From positions 1-54,812 of the forward strand of contig CAYMHJ010000003.1 in assembly GCA_964390165.1 (NCBI GenBank): a DNA stretch of 54,812 bases. The letters run 5' to 3'. Each line of letters begins with the position of its first letter. Within the stretch, counting starts at the first letter, position 1. Origin of the DNA: an uncultured Brevifollis sp. GTDB lineage: Bacteria > Verrucomicrobiota > Verrucomicrobiia > Verrucomicrobiales > Verrucomicrobiaceae. A program made the position numbers and the translations under genes. Of this stretch, positions 22,706-32,877 are shown piece after piece. The notes under the pieces were generated by a model. It worked only from the letters and a program-made list of their open reading frames with translations, was not told the DNA's origin and searched no databases.

Positions 22706-25516
22706 ATGTCCAAACGTCTCTTCCTCCTCGATGGCATGGCGCTGCTTTACCGGGCGCACTTTGCTTTCATCAAGAATCCCATCCGCACAAGTGATGGGGT
22801 GAATACCTCCGCGCTCTATGGCTTCGCGAACACGCTGCTGGACATCATCGGCACCCAGAAGCCCACGCATCTGGCCGTGGTGCTGGACACATCTGCACCG
22901 ACCCCACGGCATGAGATTTTCCCAGAGTATAAAGCCCAGCGCGAAGAGATGCCGGAGGACATATCTACAGCCATCCCGCTGATCCATCGCCTCTGCGCGG
23001 CGATGAACATTCCGCTGATCACGAAGGATGGCCTGGAGGCGGATGACATCATCGGCATCCTCGCCAAACGGGCGGAGAAGGAAGGCTACGAGGAAACTTT
23101 CATGGTCACACCGGACAAGGACTTCGGGCAGCTCGTCTCGGACAAGATCAAGATCTACAAGCCCGGCCGTCAGGGTAACGATGTGGAGATCCTCGGCGTG
23201 AAGGAAATCTGCGAGCGCTGGGGCATCGAGCGGCCTGAGCAGGTGATCGACATTCTCGGGCTCATGGGAGACGCGGTGGATAACATCCCCGGCATCCCCG
23301 GCTTCGGCGAAAAGACCGCTACGAGCCTCATTCAGCAGTTTGGCAGCGTGGAGAACCTCATCGCCAATGCCGCGCAGCTCAAAGGCAAGCAGAAGGAGAA
23401 GGTGGAGCAGCACGCGGACAAGGCGCTGCTCTCGAAACAGCTCGCAACGATCTTCACCGACCTGCCCGTGGATGTCGTGCTGGACGATCTGGAGCAGAAA
23501 GGCCACGACACACCCGAGCTAAAAGCGCTCTTCACCGAGTTTGAGTTCAATGCGCTCGGTCGTCGTGTCTTCGGCGATGAGTTCAAAGCTGGACGTGGCC
23601 GCATGTTGGCGAAGGAAGACAAGACTGCACCTGCGAGCGGTGACGACCTCTTTGGAGCAGCGCCAGCCGCACCACAGCTACGCACGATCGCCGATACCGA
23701 GCATCAGTACCATCTCGTGCGCACCGCCGAGGAACGCGCCAGCCTGATCTCTGAGCTTGGCAAACTGGAGCGCTATTGCTTTGACCTCGAAACGACCGGG
23801 CTCGACCCACGCGACACCGAGATTGTGGGCATCGCCTTTTCGTGGAAGACGGGCGAAGGTTACTTTGTCTTCTTCCCGCGAGATAAAGCCGAAGCCAGGG
23901 TCGTGCTGGAGGAGTTTCGTGAAGTGCTGACGCGCGAAGGCATCGAGAAAATCGGGCACAACCTTAAGTTCGACCTCAGTGTGCTGCTCGCACAGGGTAT
24001 CGAGGTCGCGGGGCCATATTTCGACACGATGCTCGCACACTCGCTTATCGAGCCCGATCAGCGTCATGGGATGGATTACCTTTCGGAGACCTACCTGAGC
24101 TACACGCCCGTGCCGATTTCAGCGCTGATCAACACGGAGAAAGAGAAAGACCTATTCAGCCCGCAAAGCATGGCTGATGTGGCTGCCGCTGACCCGGTGA
24201 AGATCGCCGAATACGCCGCCGAGGATGCTGACGTGACCTGGCAACTCGCGGAGAAGCTGCGTCCGCTGCTGCCGCAGCATGGCGCCGAGCGTGTGTTTTA
24301 TGAGATCGAGTGCCCGCTGCTTCCCGTGCTCACGCGCATGGAGCACCTCGGGGTGAAGATCGATGTCTCCGCGCTCTTCGAGTTCGGCATCCAGCTCGAA
24401 AAACGCGCGAACGAGATGCACAAGCGCATCCAGGAAGCTGCGGGCGGACCCTTCAACCTGAACAGCCCGAAACAGCTCGGCGAGATCCTCTTTGAAAAGC
24501 TGCGCCTGATCGAGAAGCCGAAGAAGACCGCCACTGGGCAATACCAGACGAACGAGCAGGTGCTGCAATCGCTGATGGGCACGCACCCGATCATCGCGGA
24601 CATCCTGGAATATCGTGAAGTCACGAAGCTGAAGAACACCTATGTCGATGCGCTGCCGGAGACGGTCTCGCGAGTCGATGGCCGGGTGCACACGACCTTC
24701 CACCAGCTCATGGCCGCGACGGGCCGAATGGCTTCGAGCAATCCGAACCTGCAAAACATCCCCATCCGCTCTGACAGCGGCAAAGAGATCCGCAAAGCCT
24801 TTGTGTCCGGTGAGCCGGGCTGGGTGCTCATGAGCGCGGACTACAGCCAGGTGGAACTGCGCGTCATGGCGGCTCTGAGTGAAGATCCCGCGATGATCGA
24901 GGCCTTCCAAAACGGACAGGACATTCATCAGGCCACAGCGGCAAAGGTTTACGGCGTGCCGCTGGACGGCGTGCTGCCAGAGATGCGCCGCACGGCGAAG
25001 ATGGTGAATTTCGGCATCATCTACGGCATCAGCGCCTTTGGTTTGTCCCAAAGGCTCGGCATCCCGCGTGGCGAGGCTGCGACGATCATCGAGAACTACT
25101 TCAAGCAGTTCCCCGGCGTGCATCGCTACATGGAACAGATCGTGAAGGATGCGAAGAAGCACGGCTACGTCGAGACGATCACCGGCCGTCGTCGTGTCAT
25201 CCGAGACATCGGCAGTGCCAACGCCACCATCCGTGGCGGAGCCGAGCGCATGGCCATGAATACGCCAATCCAGGGCACGGCAGCAGACATGATCAAGCTG
25301 GCGATGATCAACATCTCCCGTGAACTCCAGCGTACAGGTTTGCAAACGCGCATGCTGCTCCAGGTGCATGACGAATTGCTCTTTGAGGTGCCTAAAAATG
25401 AAGTGGAGCAGGCACGCACGCTCATCCTGAATGAAATGCGCAACGCTCTCACGCTGGGAGATGTGCCCGTCGAGGTGCAGGCAGGCACCGGCACGAATTG
25501 GCTGGAAGCCCACTGA
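22706..25516 (+). CDS. polA: DNA polymerase I with 5'-3' exonuclease and intact 3'-5' proofreading motifs
   Basis: LFLLDGMALLYRAHFA, EADDIIG, GDAVDNIPG; Exo I-III motifs FDLETTGL, GHNLKFD, YAAEDAD; polymerase motifs ADYSQVELR, AKMVNFGIIYG, LQVHDEL. Confidence 0.98.
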   Translation: MSKRLFLLDGMALLYRAHFAFIKNPIRTSDGVNTSALYGFANTLLDIIGTQKPTHLAVVLDTSAPTPRHEIFPEYKAQREEMPEDISTAIPLIHRLCAAMNIPLITKDGLEADDIIGILAKRAEKEGYEETFMVTPDKDFGQLVSDKIKIYKPGRQGNDVEILGVKEICERWGIERPEQVIDILGLMGDAVDNIPGIPGFGEKTATSLIQQFGSVENLIANAAQLKGKQKEKVEQHADKALLSKQLATIFTDLPVDVVLDDLEQKGHDTPELKALFTEFEFNALGRRVFGDEFKAGRGRMLAKEDKTAPASGDDLFGAAPAAPQLRTIADTEHQYHLVRTAEERASLISELGKLERYCFDLETTGLDPRDTEIVGIAFSWKTGEGYFVFFPRDKAEARVVLEEFREVLTREGIEKIGHNLKFDLSVLLAQGIEVAGPYFDTMLAHSLIEPDQRHGMDYLSETYLSYTPVPISALINTEKEKDLFSPQSMADVAAADPVKIAEYAAEDADVTWQLAEKLRPLLPQHGAERVFYEIECPLLPVLTRMEHLGVKIDVSALFEFGIQLEKRANEMHKRIQEAAGGPFNLNSPKQLGEILFEKLRLIEKPKKTATGQYQTNEQVLQSLMGTHPIIADILEYREVTKLKNTYVDALPETVSRVDGRVHTTFHQLMAATGRMASSNPNLQNIPIRSDSGKEIRKAFVSGEPGWVLMSADYSQVELRVMAALSEDPAMIEAFQNGQDIHQATAAKVYGVPLDGVLPEMRRTAKMVNFGIIYGISAFGLSQRLGIPRGEAATIIENYFKQFPGVHRYMEQIVKDAKKHGYVETITGRRRVIRDIGSANATIRGGAERMAMNTPIQGTAADMIKLAMINISRELQRTGLQTRMLLQVHDELLFEVPKNEVEQARTLILNEMRNALTLGDVPVEVQAGTGTNWLEAH

Positions 25517-25518
25517 TC

Positions 25519-25863
25519 ATGAACGCCATTTTGATTCAACCGGATGGACGTGCTTCGCTCGTGTATGGGGAGGTCACTGGAGATCTCACCACTATCGCCG
25601 TGCTGACTCAGGCGGCGATTTCCGCCTTGGATGCAGCATCAGGCGTGGTGAATACCGCCGTGCAGTGTCATCAGGATCATGCCTGCATCACCCTTCTCAG
25701 GCATGATGATGGTGCCTGGCTGCGCGTGGAGCATGAGCGCGGCTTGACTGTGGAGCAGGTCATCCAATGGGCGGAGTCGCTTCCGCCTCCACCTGCCGCA
25801 GTCGCCGCGGTTCCCTCGGCTCGGGCTACCAGCCTGGCCGATGCCATGAACGTGCGGCTTTAA
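25519..25863 (+). CDS. Small hypothetical protein, possibly roadblock/LC7 fold
   Basis: ATG 2 bp after the polA stop, 114 aa. Pattern AILIQPDG...helix...beta strands...helix. Confidence 0.55.
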   Translation: MNAILIQPDGRASLVYGEVTGDLTTIAVLTQAAISALDAASGVVNTAVQCHQDHACITLLRHDDGAWLRVEHERGLTVEQVIQWAESLPPPPAAVAAVPSARATSLADAMNVRL

Positions 25864-25873
25864 TCGGCGGGCA

Positions 25874-26953
25874 TCAGCCCTCAGCTTCTGAGGAGGTGAG
25901 ATCGCGGTGATAGAAGACCTTGATGTATTTCATGCCCTTTTTGTCATCGTAGCCGCGCTCCAGCATCGGGTCGCTTTCACCCGAGCCAGGTTTGACGTGG
26001 ATCTCCACGCCGGTGTCCAGCTTCAGCACGGCGCTGATGCGTTTCTTGGCCTTGGTCACATCCTTTTTCGAGATCTCAAAGCTCGTCTCCAACGGCTGGC
26101 CCTGATCCACTTCGGCACGGGCGCGATGTTCGTTAAACTTTTCGACAGCTTCTGGGGTCTTCAGAACGGCCTGTTCGAAGTCCTGAAGCTCGAAACGCTC
26201 GCGATCCTCGAAGTAATCCAGCGCGTCACGAGCAGCCTGTGCGGTTTCCCATGGCGGAGATTCTTCGTCAGATGGCCGGTTCTCCTCGAGGAATGACACC
26301 GCCATCTTCGCATAAGCATTCGTCAGAAAGGCCGAGTCAGGCACAGCTTCGACACCGAGGAAGTCACGCGACCAGAAGCGAGCATCCGAGCCTGCGCGGT
26401 CAAAGGTGAGGACGTAGTAGCCCTTGTTTGGCCAGTGATCGACGATCAGGCAGCCTTTGTCGATCTTCTCGGGATGAATGCCTTCAATCGTGGAGATCTC
26501 CAGGTCACCATCACGCGCCGTGATGGTGAGGAAGGGCGTGACGCTTTCAGATTTCAGAATGCAGATGCCCTGCACCAGTTCTCCGTCGATGTGGATTTCC
26601 TTGATGTGAACGATGCATAGGTCGCCCGACTTGATGTTCGGATGGTTTGACTTCGCATAGAGCCGCTGGGCGATCTCTGATCCGCGTTTTAGCAGACCCG
26701 AGGGATCGGCAAAAATCGCCTTGGCGCAGATATTCATCTCATGCTGTTCCAGCGAGGCATGATGCGTGAAACGGTGCGCGATCAGGTTCTTGAACGGCTT
26801 CAAAAAGATGGCCGTGAGCTTCTCCTGATCCTCCTCCGGGATGTGATGCACCGCCCGCGAGGTTTGCAGAGGCTCCCCACGCTGCGCATGGCCGATCTTG
26901 GCGAGCATGAGACGAGTGGCGGAGGCGGTATCGAGGCGGAGTTTGACAGACAT
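25874..26953 (-). CDS. Nucleoid-associated protein (YejK/NdpA family)
   Basis: IAQRLYAKSNHPNIKSGDL, ILKSES, KIDKGCLI, FWSRDFL, LKLDTGVEI and ERGYDDKKGMKYIKVFY match the 37-kDa nucleoid-associated family. Likely start 26953. Confidence 0.8.
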   Translation of the reverse strand: MSVKLRLDTASATRLMLAKIGHAQRGEPLQTSRAVHHIPEEDQEKLTAIFLKPFKNLIAHRFTHHASLEQHEMNICAKAIFADPSGLLKRGSEIAQRLYAKSNHPNIKSGDLCIVHIKEIHIDGELVQGICILKSESVTPFLTITARDGDLEISTIEGIHPEKIDKGCLIVDHWPNKGYYVLTFDRAGSDARFWSRDFLGVEAVPDSAFLTNAYAKMAVSFLEENRPSDEESPPWETAQAARDALDYFEDRERFELQDFEQAVLKTPEAVEKFNEHRARAEVDQGQPLETSFEISKKDVTKAKKRISAVLKLDTGVEIHVKPGSGESDPMLERGYDDKKGMKYIKVFYHRDLTSSEAEG

Positions 26954-27437
26954 AGAAATGGGGGCCGCTGCGGTAGAAGGCTCACGCCTTCCGTCAAGGT
27001 GTATCACAAAGCACGCTCATGAAGGTGACATCCACCACGTCTCGGACACCGCAAGGGGTGCTTTAAACCACCCCGTTCTGGTATCCATGGCAGTCACCGT
27101 CCTCAAAAAGACGCGAGGACAGCATGGGAAGCCGCCTCAGCCAGAATGTATGCTGCCGCATCAAGCTTTGGGGAGCCAACGGTCAGCAAAGCAGAAGACA
27201 GCCGATTAGGGACAGCCGAATCAAATCATGCTGCTATCTACCGGACATCCATCACCACCACACGTGCTGAATTTCTGCCTCCCCGGCTTACTGGACTGGT
27301 GCCGGGACGGCGAGCGCCGGGGAAGCCGGGTAATTAGGCGAAGCTGATCCAGCGCGAGGGTCATCAGCACTGCGCCCAACACACCCGGCCTACCTCCCAA
27401 GGGCTGGGTCTGAACTGAAGTAGCCGGGGTCGGAGCT

Positions 27438-28406
27438 TCAGACGACGAAGTCTCCCTCGGCCATGACGGTGTGTTTGGGGACGCTGCGCAGGGATTCCGG
27501 CAGCATGAAGTAATGGCAGACCTTTTGGTCGCGAGTGAGAAGGGCAGGGGAGCTTTCCCAAGAATGATCTCCGGGGAAGCTGGCGGCGGTGATGAGGCTG
27601 GCTTTGGTGGGAAGCAGGCCAGGCTGGCGGGTCACTGCGCCGGCGAGGGCGTGGAGTTCGCTGAAGTCATCGTGGGTGGTGAAGGCTTCGAGGATGTCCC
27701 AGGCGGGCAGGCCGCGCACGCGGTGTGGCGACAGGATGAGGAAGGAATGCAGCGTGCCCGAGGTATCGATGGCGCCGACGAAGGCCTGCTTGCGTGTCGG
27801 GGTGCTGAGCTGCCAGCGCAGGGACTCGGGGCTGTGCCACTTTTCCAGTCGGTCGGCTCTTTGATAGGGACGGCTGATGGCGAGGACATCCTCGATGCGC
27901 GTGGTGAGCGTCATGGCGGCAGCGAGGCGGGGCCAGCGGCTGAGTTTTGCCAAAGTTCCCGTGAGGAAATATCGCCGCTGCACCTGGGTCTCGGCGCGTG
28001 CGTCCATCTTGAGCAGTGTGTGCTGGAGCTTCGGACTCGGAGTGGTGTGGAAAATGGGGATCTGCTCACTGAGGCTTCGCATCTTCAGCAGCATGGAGAG
28101 ACCTGCCTTCGGGTATTCGGGACGCACTTCCAAAGTGGTGGCTAGCAATACGGGAATCGTTTGCCCATGGAGGGCGTAGCCAGCGGGAAGTGAGCCGGCG
28201 AAACCCACGACCCTGCCCTGATGAAAAATGACACGACCCCGGTAGGGATGGAGGTCGGCGAAAGGGTTTTCATCCCACCAGTGTCTGATTCGATCCTCCC
28301 ATGTCCCTTGAATGAGGGGCAGGCCGTCGGGTCGCTTCAGGAATGCCAGCAACTCCGCACGTTCGGCGTCGCTGTCCTGGTATTCCTGGAAGGTGGTATC
28401 GGGCAT
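27438..28406 (-). CDS. Hypothetical protein, possibly GNAT-fold acyltransferase
   Basis: 322-aa ORF. HWWDENP...GRVVGFAG...TTLEVRPEYPKAG resembles GNAT motif A. Confidence 0.6.
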   Translation of the reverse strand: MPDTTFQEYQDSDAERAELLAFLKRPDGLPLIQGTWEDRIRHWWDENPFADLHPYRGRVIFHQGRVVGFAGSLPAGYALHGQTIPVLLATTLEVRPEYPKAGLSMLLKMRSLSEQIPIFHTTPSPKLQHTLLKMDARAETQVQRRYFLTGTLAKLSRWPRLAAAMTLTTRIEDVLAISRPYQRADRLEKWHSPESLRWQLSTPTRKQAFVGAIDTSGTLHSFLILSPHRVRGLPAWDILEAFTTHDDFSELHALAGAVTRQPGLLPTKASLITAASFPGDHSWESSPALLTRDQKVCHYFMLPESLRSVPKHTVMAEGDFVV

Positions 28407-28457
28407 GAGGGCGAAAAGCTAAGGGCTTTACGCCATGCCTGCCAAATCAGATTCGAC

Positions 28458-29660
28458 TCAGAGATCGCGCACGAAGATATTCGCGTAGCCGACGGCCTGG
28501 GTGAGGTCGGCGAGGCCGATGCGGCCCTTCGCGTTCATGTCGACGGTGGCTTCGAAAGTCTGCGGGTTCTTTTCCTGCGCTTCAGTGATGAGCACCTTGG
28601 CTGTTTTGCCCTGGAGCGTGGCTTTGATGCGATACCAGCGGCCCGCTTTGACCTTGTCGGCTCCGAGGGAGATGGCCCCTTTGCCACCGGCTCCGAGTTC
28701 GACAAGCGGATGACTCAGGCCGCGCACGCAGAGTCCGGCGGCGGGTTTGGTGAGGTCGGTGTCCTTGGGCAGATTCATATCGCAGATGATTTCGCAGTCG
28801 CCAAATTCGGCCTCGCTCCAGAGGGCGGAACCGGTTTGCCCGGTGAGGAGCTGGATCTGCCAGTCGCTGTTCTTCCACTTCGAGCCGCCGGTGGCGGGGA
28901 CGCGCCAGTTGCGGAAATCGACGCCGGTGTAGAGCGGCTTCCAGCCTTGATCAGTAGGCGCGGTGAGTTCGGCGGGTGTGCTGGTGGAGGGGAGTTCTTT
29001 GATGCGGACGTTGCGGAATTCCACGGGTGCGCCTTCGGATTCCAGGGCGAGGTAGCCTTTGCGGTAGTTGCAGTTATCGCCGCCGCTGACGACCTTGCCA
29101 TTCACGGCGAGGGTGAGGCGGCCGTTGTTGGCCTCGATGCGGTAGTGGTTCCACTCGGGGCTGGGTTTGCTGCGCTCCTCGCTGGGGAAGCTGCGTGAGC
29201 CGCTGTGATCGCCGTGCGGGTCCATGGTGGCACCATGGATGGGGAAAACATCGCCGTGCGTGGTGAACCAGCGCGGCTTGGTGGGGTCGGCGTTTTTCAT
29301 GTAACCGTGGTCGAGCACCTGGACTTCGATGCCACGGAGGAAAGGCACGCCGGGTGCGCTGATGGGGGTGCCCCAGACGAAAACGCCGGAGTTTCCGCCG
29401 CTGCTGAGATGCCGCCACTCGGCTTCCAGGACGAAGTTTTCATACTGCTTCGCCGTGCGCAGGGCTCCGGTGGGCTTGCCGGTGCAGGCGATGACGCCGT
29501 CTTTGATGCTCCAGGTTTCAGGGGCGCAGTTCGCGTTCACCCAGCCATCGAGGCTGTTTGGCTGGAACATCGGCACAAAGCCGTCCTCGGCATATAACAA
29601 GGGCGCGGAGGTCAGGGCGAGGGCCAGAAAAGCAGGGCTGAGGGAGGTGAAAAAGCGCAT
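28458..29660 (-). CDS. Secreted DUF1080 (3-keto-disaccharide hydrolase) protein with two domains
   Basis: Signal peptide from ATG 29660. Domain 1 has GFVPMF...LDGW, YENFVLEAEWR, GNSGVF, EVQVLD, EWNHYRI and GYLALESEG..VEFRNVRIKEL. A degenerate second copy begins GWKPLYTG. Confidence 0.88.
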   Translation of the reverse strand: MRFFTSLSPAFLALALTSAPLLYAEDGFVPMFQPNSLDGWVNANCAPETWSIKDGVIACTGKPTGALRTAKQYENFVLEAEWRHLSSGGNSGVFVWGTPISAPGVPFLRGIEVQVLDHGYMKNADPTKPRWFTTHGDVFPIHGATMDPHGDHSGSRSFPSEERSKPSPEWNHYRIEANNGRLTLAVNGKVVSGGDNCNYRKGYLALESEGAPVEFRNVRIKELPSTSTPAELTAPTDQGWKPLYTGVDFRNWRVPATGGSKWKNSDWQIQLLTGQTGSALWSEAEFGDCEIICDMNLPKDTDLTKPAAGLCVRGLSHPLVELGAGGKGAISLGADKVKAGRWYRIKATLQGKTAKVLITEAQEKNPQTFEATVDMNAKGRIGLADLTQAVGYANIFVRDL

Positions 29661-29786
29661 GTCGTGGAAGGGCAGACTCAAACGCGGGCGGGAGCGGACT
29701 CCATGCAACCGGTTTTTCCGTTTGCCCAATGGAGCGGGGCGGCTTACTTCCGCGCCCGTTTTCCACCCCGCCAACTACCGCCCGCC

Positions 29787-31298
29787 ATGCTCGAATTTTT
29801 CCGCCGCCACCGTGGTGCCTTCATGATCACCCTTACTGTGATCATCATCATCAGCTTTGCCTCCTGGGGCGGCACCCGCACCGACGGCCAGAAGATGGCC
29901 ACCACCTCGGATGATGCCTTCACCATCTACGGGGACAAATACACCGTCGCCGAGATGCAGCGCCTGGAGCGCTCCACGCAGATCATCCAGATGCTGCAGA
30001 TGTATGAACTCTACTTCGGCCTCATGTCAGCCGCCCGCAGTCCTGAATCCGGCGGACGTGACTTTGTCTTCAACATGATCGTGCTGAAACGCCAGATGGC
30101 GGATCTCGGCATCCATCCGAGCGATGCAGAGGCCAAGGCCGAGCTGGAGAAAACCCAGGCTCTCCAGGAAAATGGCGTCTTCAGCCCGCAGCGTGCTTTC
30201 AATCTCCAGCAGAACCTCGGCATGTATGGCATGGGCGGGCAGGACATGCTCGACATCGCGAAGCTGAGCCTCGGCTACAGGCGTCTCCAGGAACTCATCG
30301 GCAAGAACTACGTGCCTTCGCCAGTGGAGACTGAGAAAGCCTACGCCAGCCGTCATCAGACGCTCAAGATTCAGACCATCGACTTCGCCCTCGATGACTT
30401 CAAAAAGACCGCCGAAGTGAAGGAAGACGAGATCAAAAAGTACTACGACGAGAACAAAGACACCTACAAAACCATCGAGAAGCGCGCGGTCAGCTATGTG
30501 CTTTTTGCCAATCCGGCGGAACTGGACAAGAAGCCCCTCGAAGAGCGTACGAAGCTCCAGAAGGACCAGGTCGCCCGCGTGGAGAAGTTCAACGAGGCCA
30601 GCATCGCCCCAGGAGCCAAATTTGACGAGATCGTGAAGACGCTGAAGGAAAAGGCCGAGACCGCCGCTCTTTTCGCCAAGGACACTCCGCCTGACGCCAT
30701 CAAGGACGAATCGGCTCTCATCGACGCCATCTTTGCCCACAACAAGGACTCCCGCCCAATCAGTGATCCGGTGAAGGGCACCAAGGGCTATTACATTTTT
30801 GCCGTCACCAAGGTGGAGGAACCGAAGCAGCAGGAACTCGCCGAAGTGAAGGACAAGGTGAAGGAAGTCCTCGTCGGCCAGAAAGCCCAGGAAGCGCTGT
30901 CCAAAGCCGTGAATGACGCCCGCACCGCTCTTCAAGAAGGCCTGAAGGCAGGCAAGAAGATCGACGATCTCGCCAAAGAAAAGAAGCTCACTCTCGCTGC
31001 TGTGAAGGAACTCACCGTCAACGAGCCTCCGACCGATCTGCCAAATGCTCAGGAAATCGCCACTGAGGCTCAGAAGGTCGCGGCAGGCGAAGTCGCCAAG
31101 GCAGTGAACACCGACAAAGGCGCGACACTCGTTTATGTGGCCGCTCGTGAACTCCGCAAACGCGACGACAGCGCCGCTCTCCGCAAGAACACCGAAGACC
31201 GCAATGCCAGCCAGGAGCGCCAGCGCCTCTTCCAATCCTGGTTCAACCAGAAGCGTGAGGAAGCCGGTCTTCAGGTGCATCTGAAGATGAGCGCGTAA
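29787..31298 (+). CDS. SurA N-terminal/PpiD-like periplasmic chaperone (peptidylprolyl isomerase family)
   Basis: MLEFFRRH plus a TM anchor (IIIISFASWG), EIKKYYDENKD, and a parvulin-like SDPVKGTKGYYIF...ELAEVKDKV. Confidence 0.75.
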   Translation: MLEFFRRHRGAFMITLTVIIIISFASWGGTRTDGQKMATTSDDAFTIYGDKYTVAEMQRLERSTQIIQMLQMYELYFGLMSAARSPESGGRDFVFNMIVLKRQMADLGIHPSDAEAKAELEKTQALQENGVFSPQRAFNLQQNLGMYGMGGQDMLDIAKLSLGYRRLQELIGKNYVPSPVETEKAYASRHQTLKIQTIDFALDDFKKTAEVKEDEIKKYYDENKDTYKTIEKRAVSYVLFANPAELDKKPLEERTKLQKDQVARVEKFNEASIAPGAKFDEIVKTLKEKAETAALFAKDTPPDAIKDESALIDAIFAHNKDSRPISDPVKGTKGYYIFAVTKVEEPKQQELAEVKDKVKEVLVGQKAQEALSKAVNDARTALQEGLKAGKKIDDLAKEKKLTLAAVKELTVNEPPTDLPNAQEIATEAQKVAAGEVAKAVNTDKGATLVYVAARELRKRDDSAALRKNTEDRNASQERQRLFQSWFNQKREEAGLQVHLKMSA

Positions 31299-31312
31299 GC
31301 GTTCACTCCGTC

Positions 31313-31663
31313 ATGTCCGACTCCTCTGCTGCTGCCATCGACGACCTTTTCGACGAGGCCAGCGGCTGCATCGCCCTCGGCGATCTCGAAGGAGCCGTGC
31401 CGCTTTACCGCCGCTGTGTGGAGCTTGATCCGCAGTTCTTCGACGGCTGGCATGCGCTCGGCATGTCCTTGATGAAAACGGGCCACTTGAAGGAAGCCAT
31501 CGGGGCCGGACTCATGGCGACGACGCTACGTCCGAATGATCTCCTCGCCTGGACGGCGCTGAGCCAGATGTATGTGGCCAACCACCAGATCGCCGAAGCC
31601 GAGGATGCGAAGGGCAAGGCGCGCATTCTTTCGCTCGGCGGCAAAGTGGTTAAGGATGGCTGA
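31313..31663 (+). CDS. Small TPR-repeat protein
   Basis: AVPLYRRCVELDPQFFDGWHALG and LRPNDLLAWTALSQMY TPR motifs. Confidence 0.85.
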   Translation: MSDSSAAAIDDLFDEASGCIALGDLEGAVPLYRRCVELDPQFFDGWHALGMSLMKTGHLKEAIGAGLMATTLRPNDLLAWTALSQMYVANHQIAEAEDAKGKARILSLGGKVVKDG

Positions 31664-31683
31664 GTTTATCTTGTTTCTCCACC

Positions 31684-32274
31684 ATGCTTCCCGATCACTC
31701 TGGAATCTCCGCCCTCATCCGTCACCGTCGTTCCATCAAGCCGGCGGACATGGACTCCTCTCGAGATATTGAGCGCGAGCTGCTGTTGCAGCTTCTCGAA
31801 GACGCCACCTGGGCGCCGAATCATGGCCTGACCGAGCCGTGGAAGTTTCATGTATTTCAGGGGGATTCGCGCCAGCTACTCGCGGCGCAGATGCAGCAGT
31901 CGTATCGCGAGAGCACACCTCCGGCGGAGTTTCGTGAGGACAAGCTCCAAAAGATGGGCAGCACGCCTCTGATGGCAGCGGTCGTGATCGCGGTCGTGAT
32001 GGAGCGGAACGGCGGCGCGAAGATTCCCGAGATCGAGGAGATCGAGGCCGTGGCCTGTGCGCTGCAAAATCTCCAGCTCAGTGCCACGGCGGCCGGGCTC
32101 GGCGGCTACTGGTCTTCCCCGCCTGTGCTGGATGCTTCAAGTTTCCGCGATTGGCTCGGGATCAGGGCTGAGGACCGCTGCGTCGGCCTTATCTACCTCG
32201 GCTGGCCGAAGCTGGGTCTCAACTGGCCGTGCAGTGTGCGCCAGCCGGTGGAGACGAAGATTGTCTGGCGTTGA
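31684..32274 (+). CDS. Nitroreductase family protein (YdjA-like)
   Basis: IRHRRSIK, ATWAPNHGLTEPWKF, ACALQNLQLSATAAGLGGYWSS, VGLIYLG. Confidence 0.92.
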   Translation: MLPDHSGISALIRHRRSIKPADMDSSRDIERELLLQLLEDATWAPNHGLTEPWKFHVFQGDSRQLLAAQMQQSYRESTPPAEFREDKLQKMGSTPLMAAVVIAVVMERNGGAKIPEIEEIEAVACALQNLQLSATAAGLGGYWSSPPVLDASSFRDWLGIRAEDRCVGLIYLGWPKLGLNWPCSVRQPVETKIVWR

Positions 32275-32327
32275 TTTGTTCACGGAACTCGGCTGGCACG
32301 CCGCCCATCGCTCGCGTAATCCTCCCC

Positions 32328-32873
32328 ATGCTCGACTGGTTTCAAGATTCCTGGGAATGGCTCACCACCATGATCTCCTCGCTGCCGTGGCAGATACTCA
32401 GCGTCTGGGCGCTGACGATCTGCCTGCTGCTCGTCGGCCTGATCGGCTCCGTGCTGCCACTGCTGCCCGGGCCTTTTTTGATTTTCATCGCCGGGGTGCT
32501 GCACACACTGCTTCTGCCTGAGCACGGCATGGGCTGGGTGGGCATCGCCATCCTGGTTCTGCTGCTGGTGGTGTCCTACTTTGTGGACATGGCCGCGGGG
32601 GCGATGGGTGCGCGCTGGTTCGGAGCCAGCCGCTGGGGGATCATGGGCGTCTTTGTCGGCGGCATTATCGGGCTCTTTTTCGCTCCGCTGGGCTTCATCC
32701 TCGGGCCGCTGATCGGCGGTCTGGCCTTTGAGCTGATTTTTGCCAAGAAGCGCATGGCTCCTGCGGTGAAAAGCACCTGGGGCACTCTGCTCGGCACCGG
32801 TCTCGGTCTCGCCGTGCGTTTCGCACTGGCTTTGGCGATGGTCGCCACCGTGCTGGTGGATGTGATCTGGTAG
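32328..32873 (+). CDS. DUF456 family membrane protein
   Basis: VGLIGSVLPLLPGP, GARWFGASRWG and GFILGPLIGG...EL motifs. Confidence 0.85.
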   Translation: MLDWFQDSWEWLTTMISSLPWQILSVWALTICLLLVGLIGSVLPLLPGPFLIFIAGVLHTLLLPEHGMGWVGIAILVLLLVVSYFVDMAAGAMGARWFGASRWGIMGVFVGGIIGLFFAPLGFILGPLIGGLAFELIFAKKRMAPAVKSTWGTLLGTGLGLAVRFALALAMVATVLVDVIW

Positions 32874-32877
32874 CTAC

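Noticed and set aside
22358..25513. Minus-strand ORFs of 382 and 453 aa
   Set aside because: Antisense to polA.
27024..27037. TCCACCA as a tRNA/tmRNA 3' end
   Set aside because: There is no preceding T-arm (GGTTCGA) or acceptor stem.
27337..27368. CTGATGA on the minus strand beside a stem, resembling a hammerhead core
   Set aside because: The required GAAA after stem II and the cleavage-site stems are missing.
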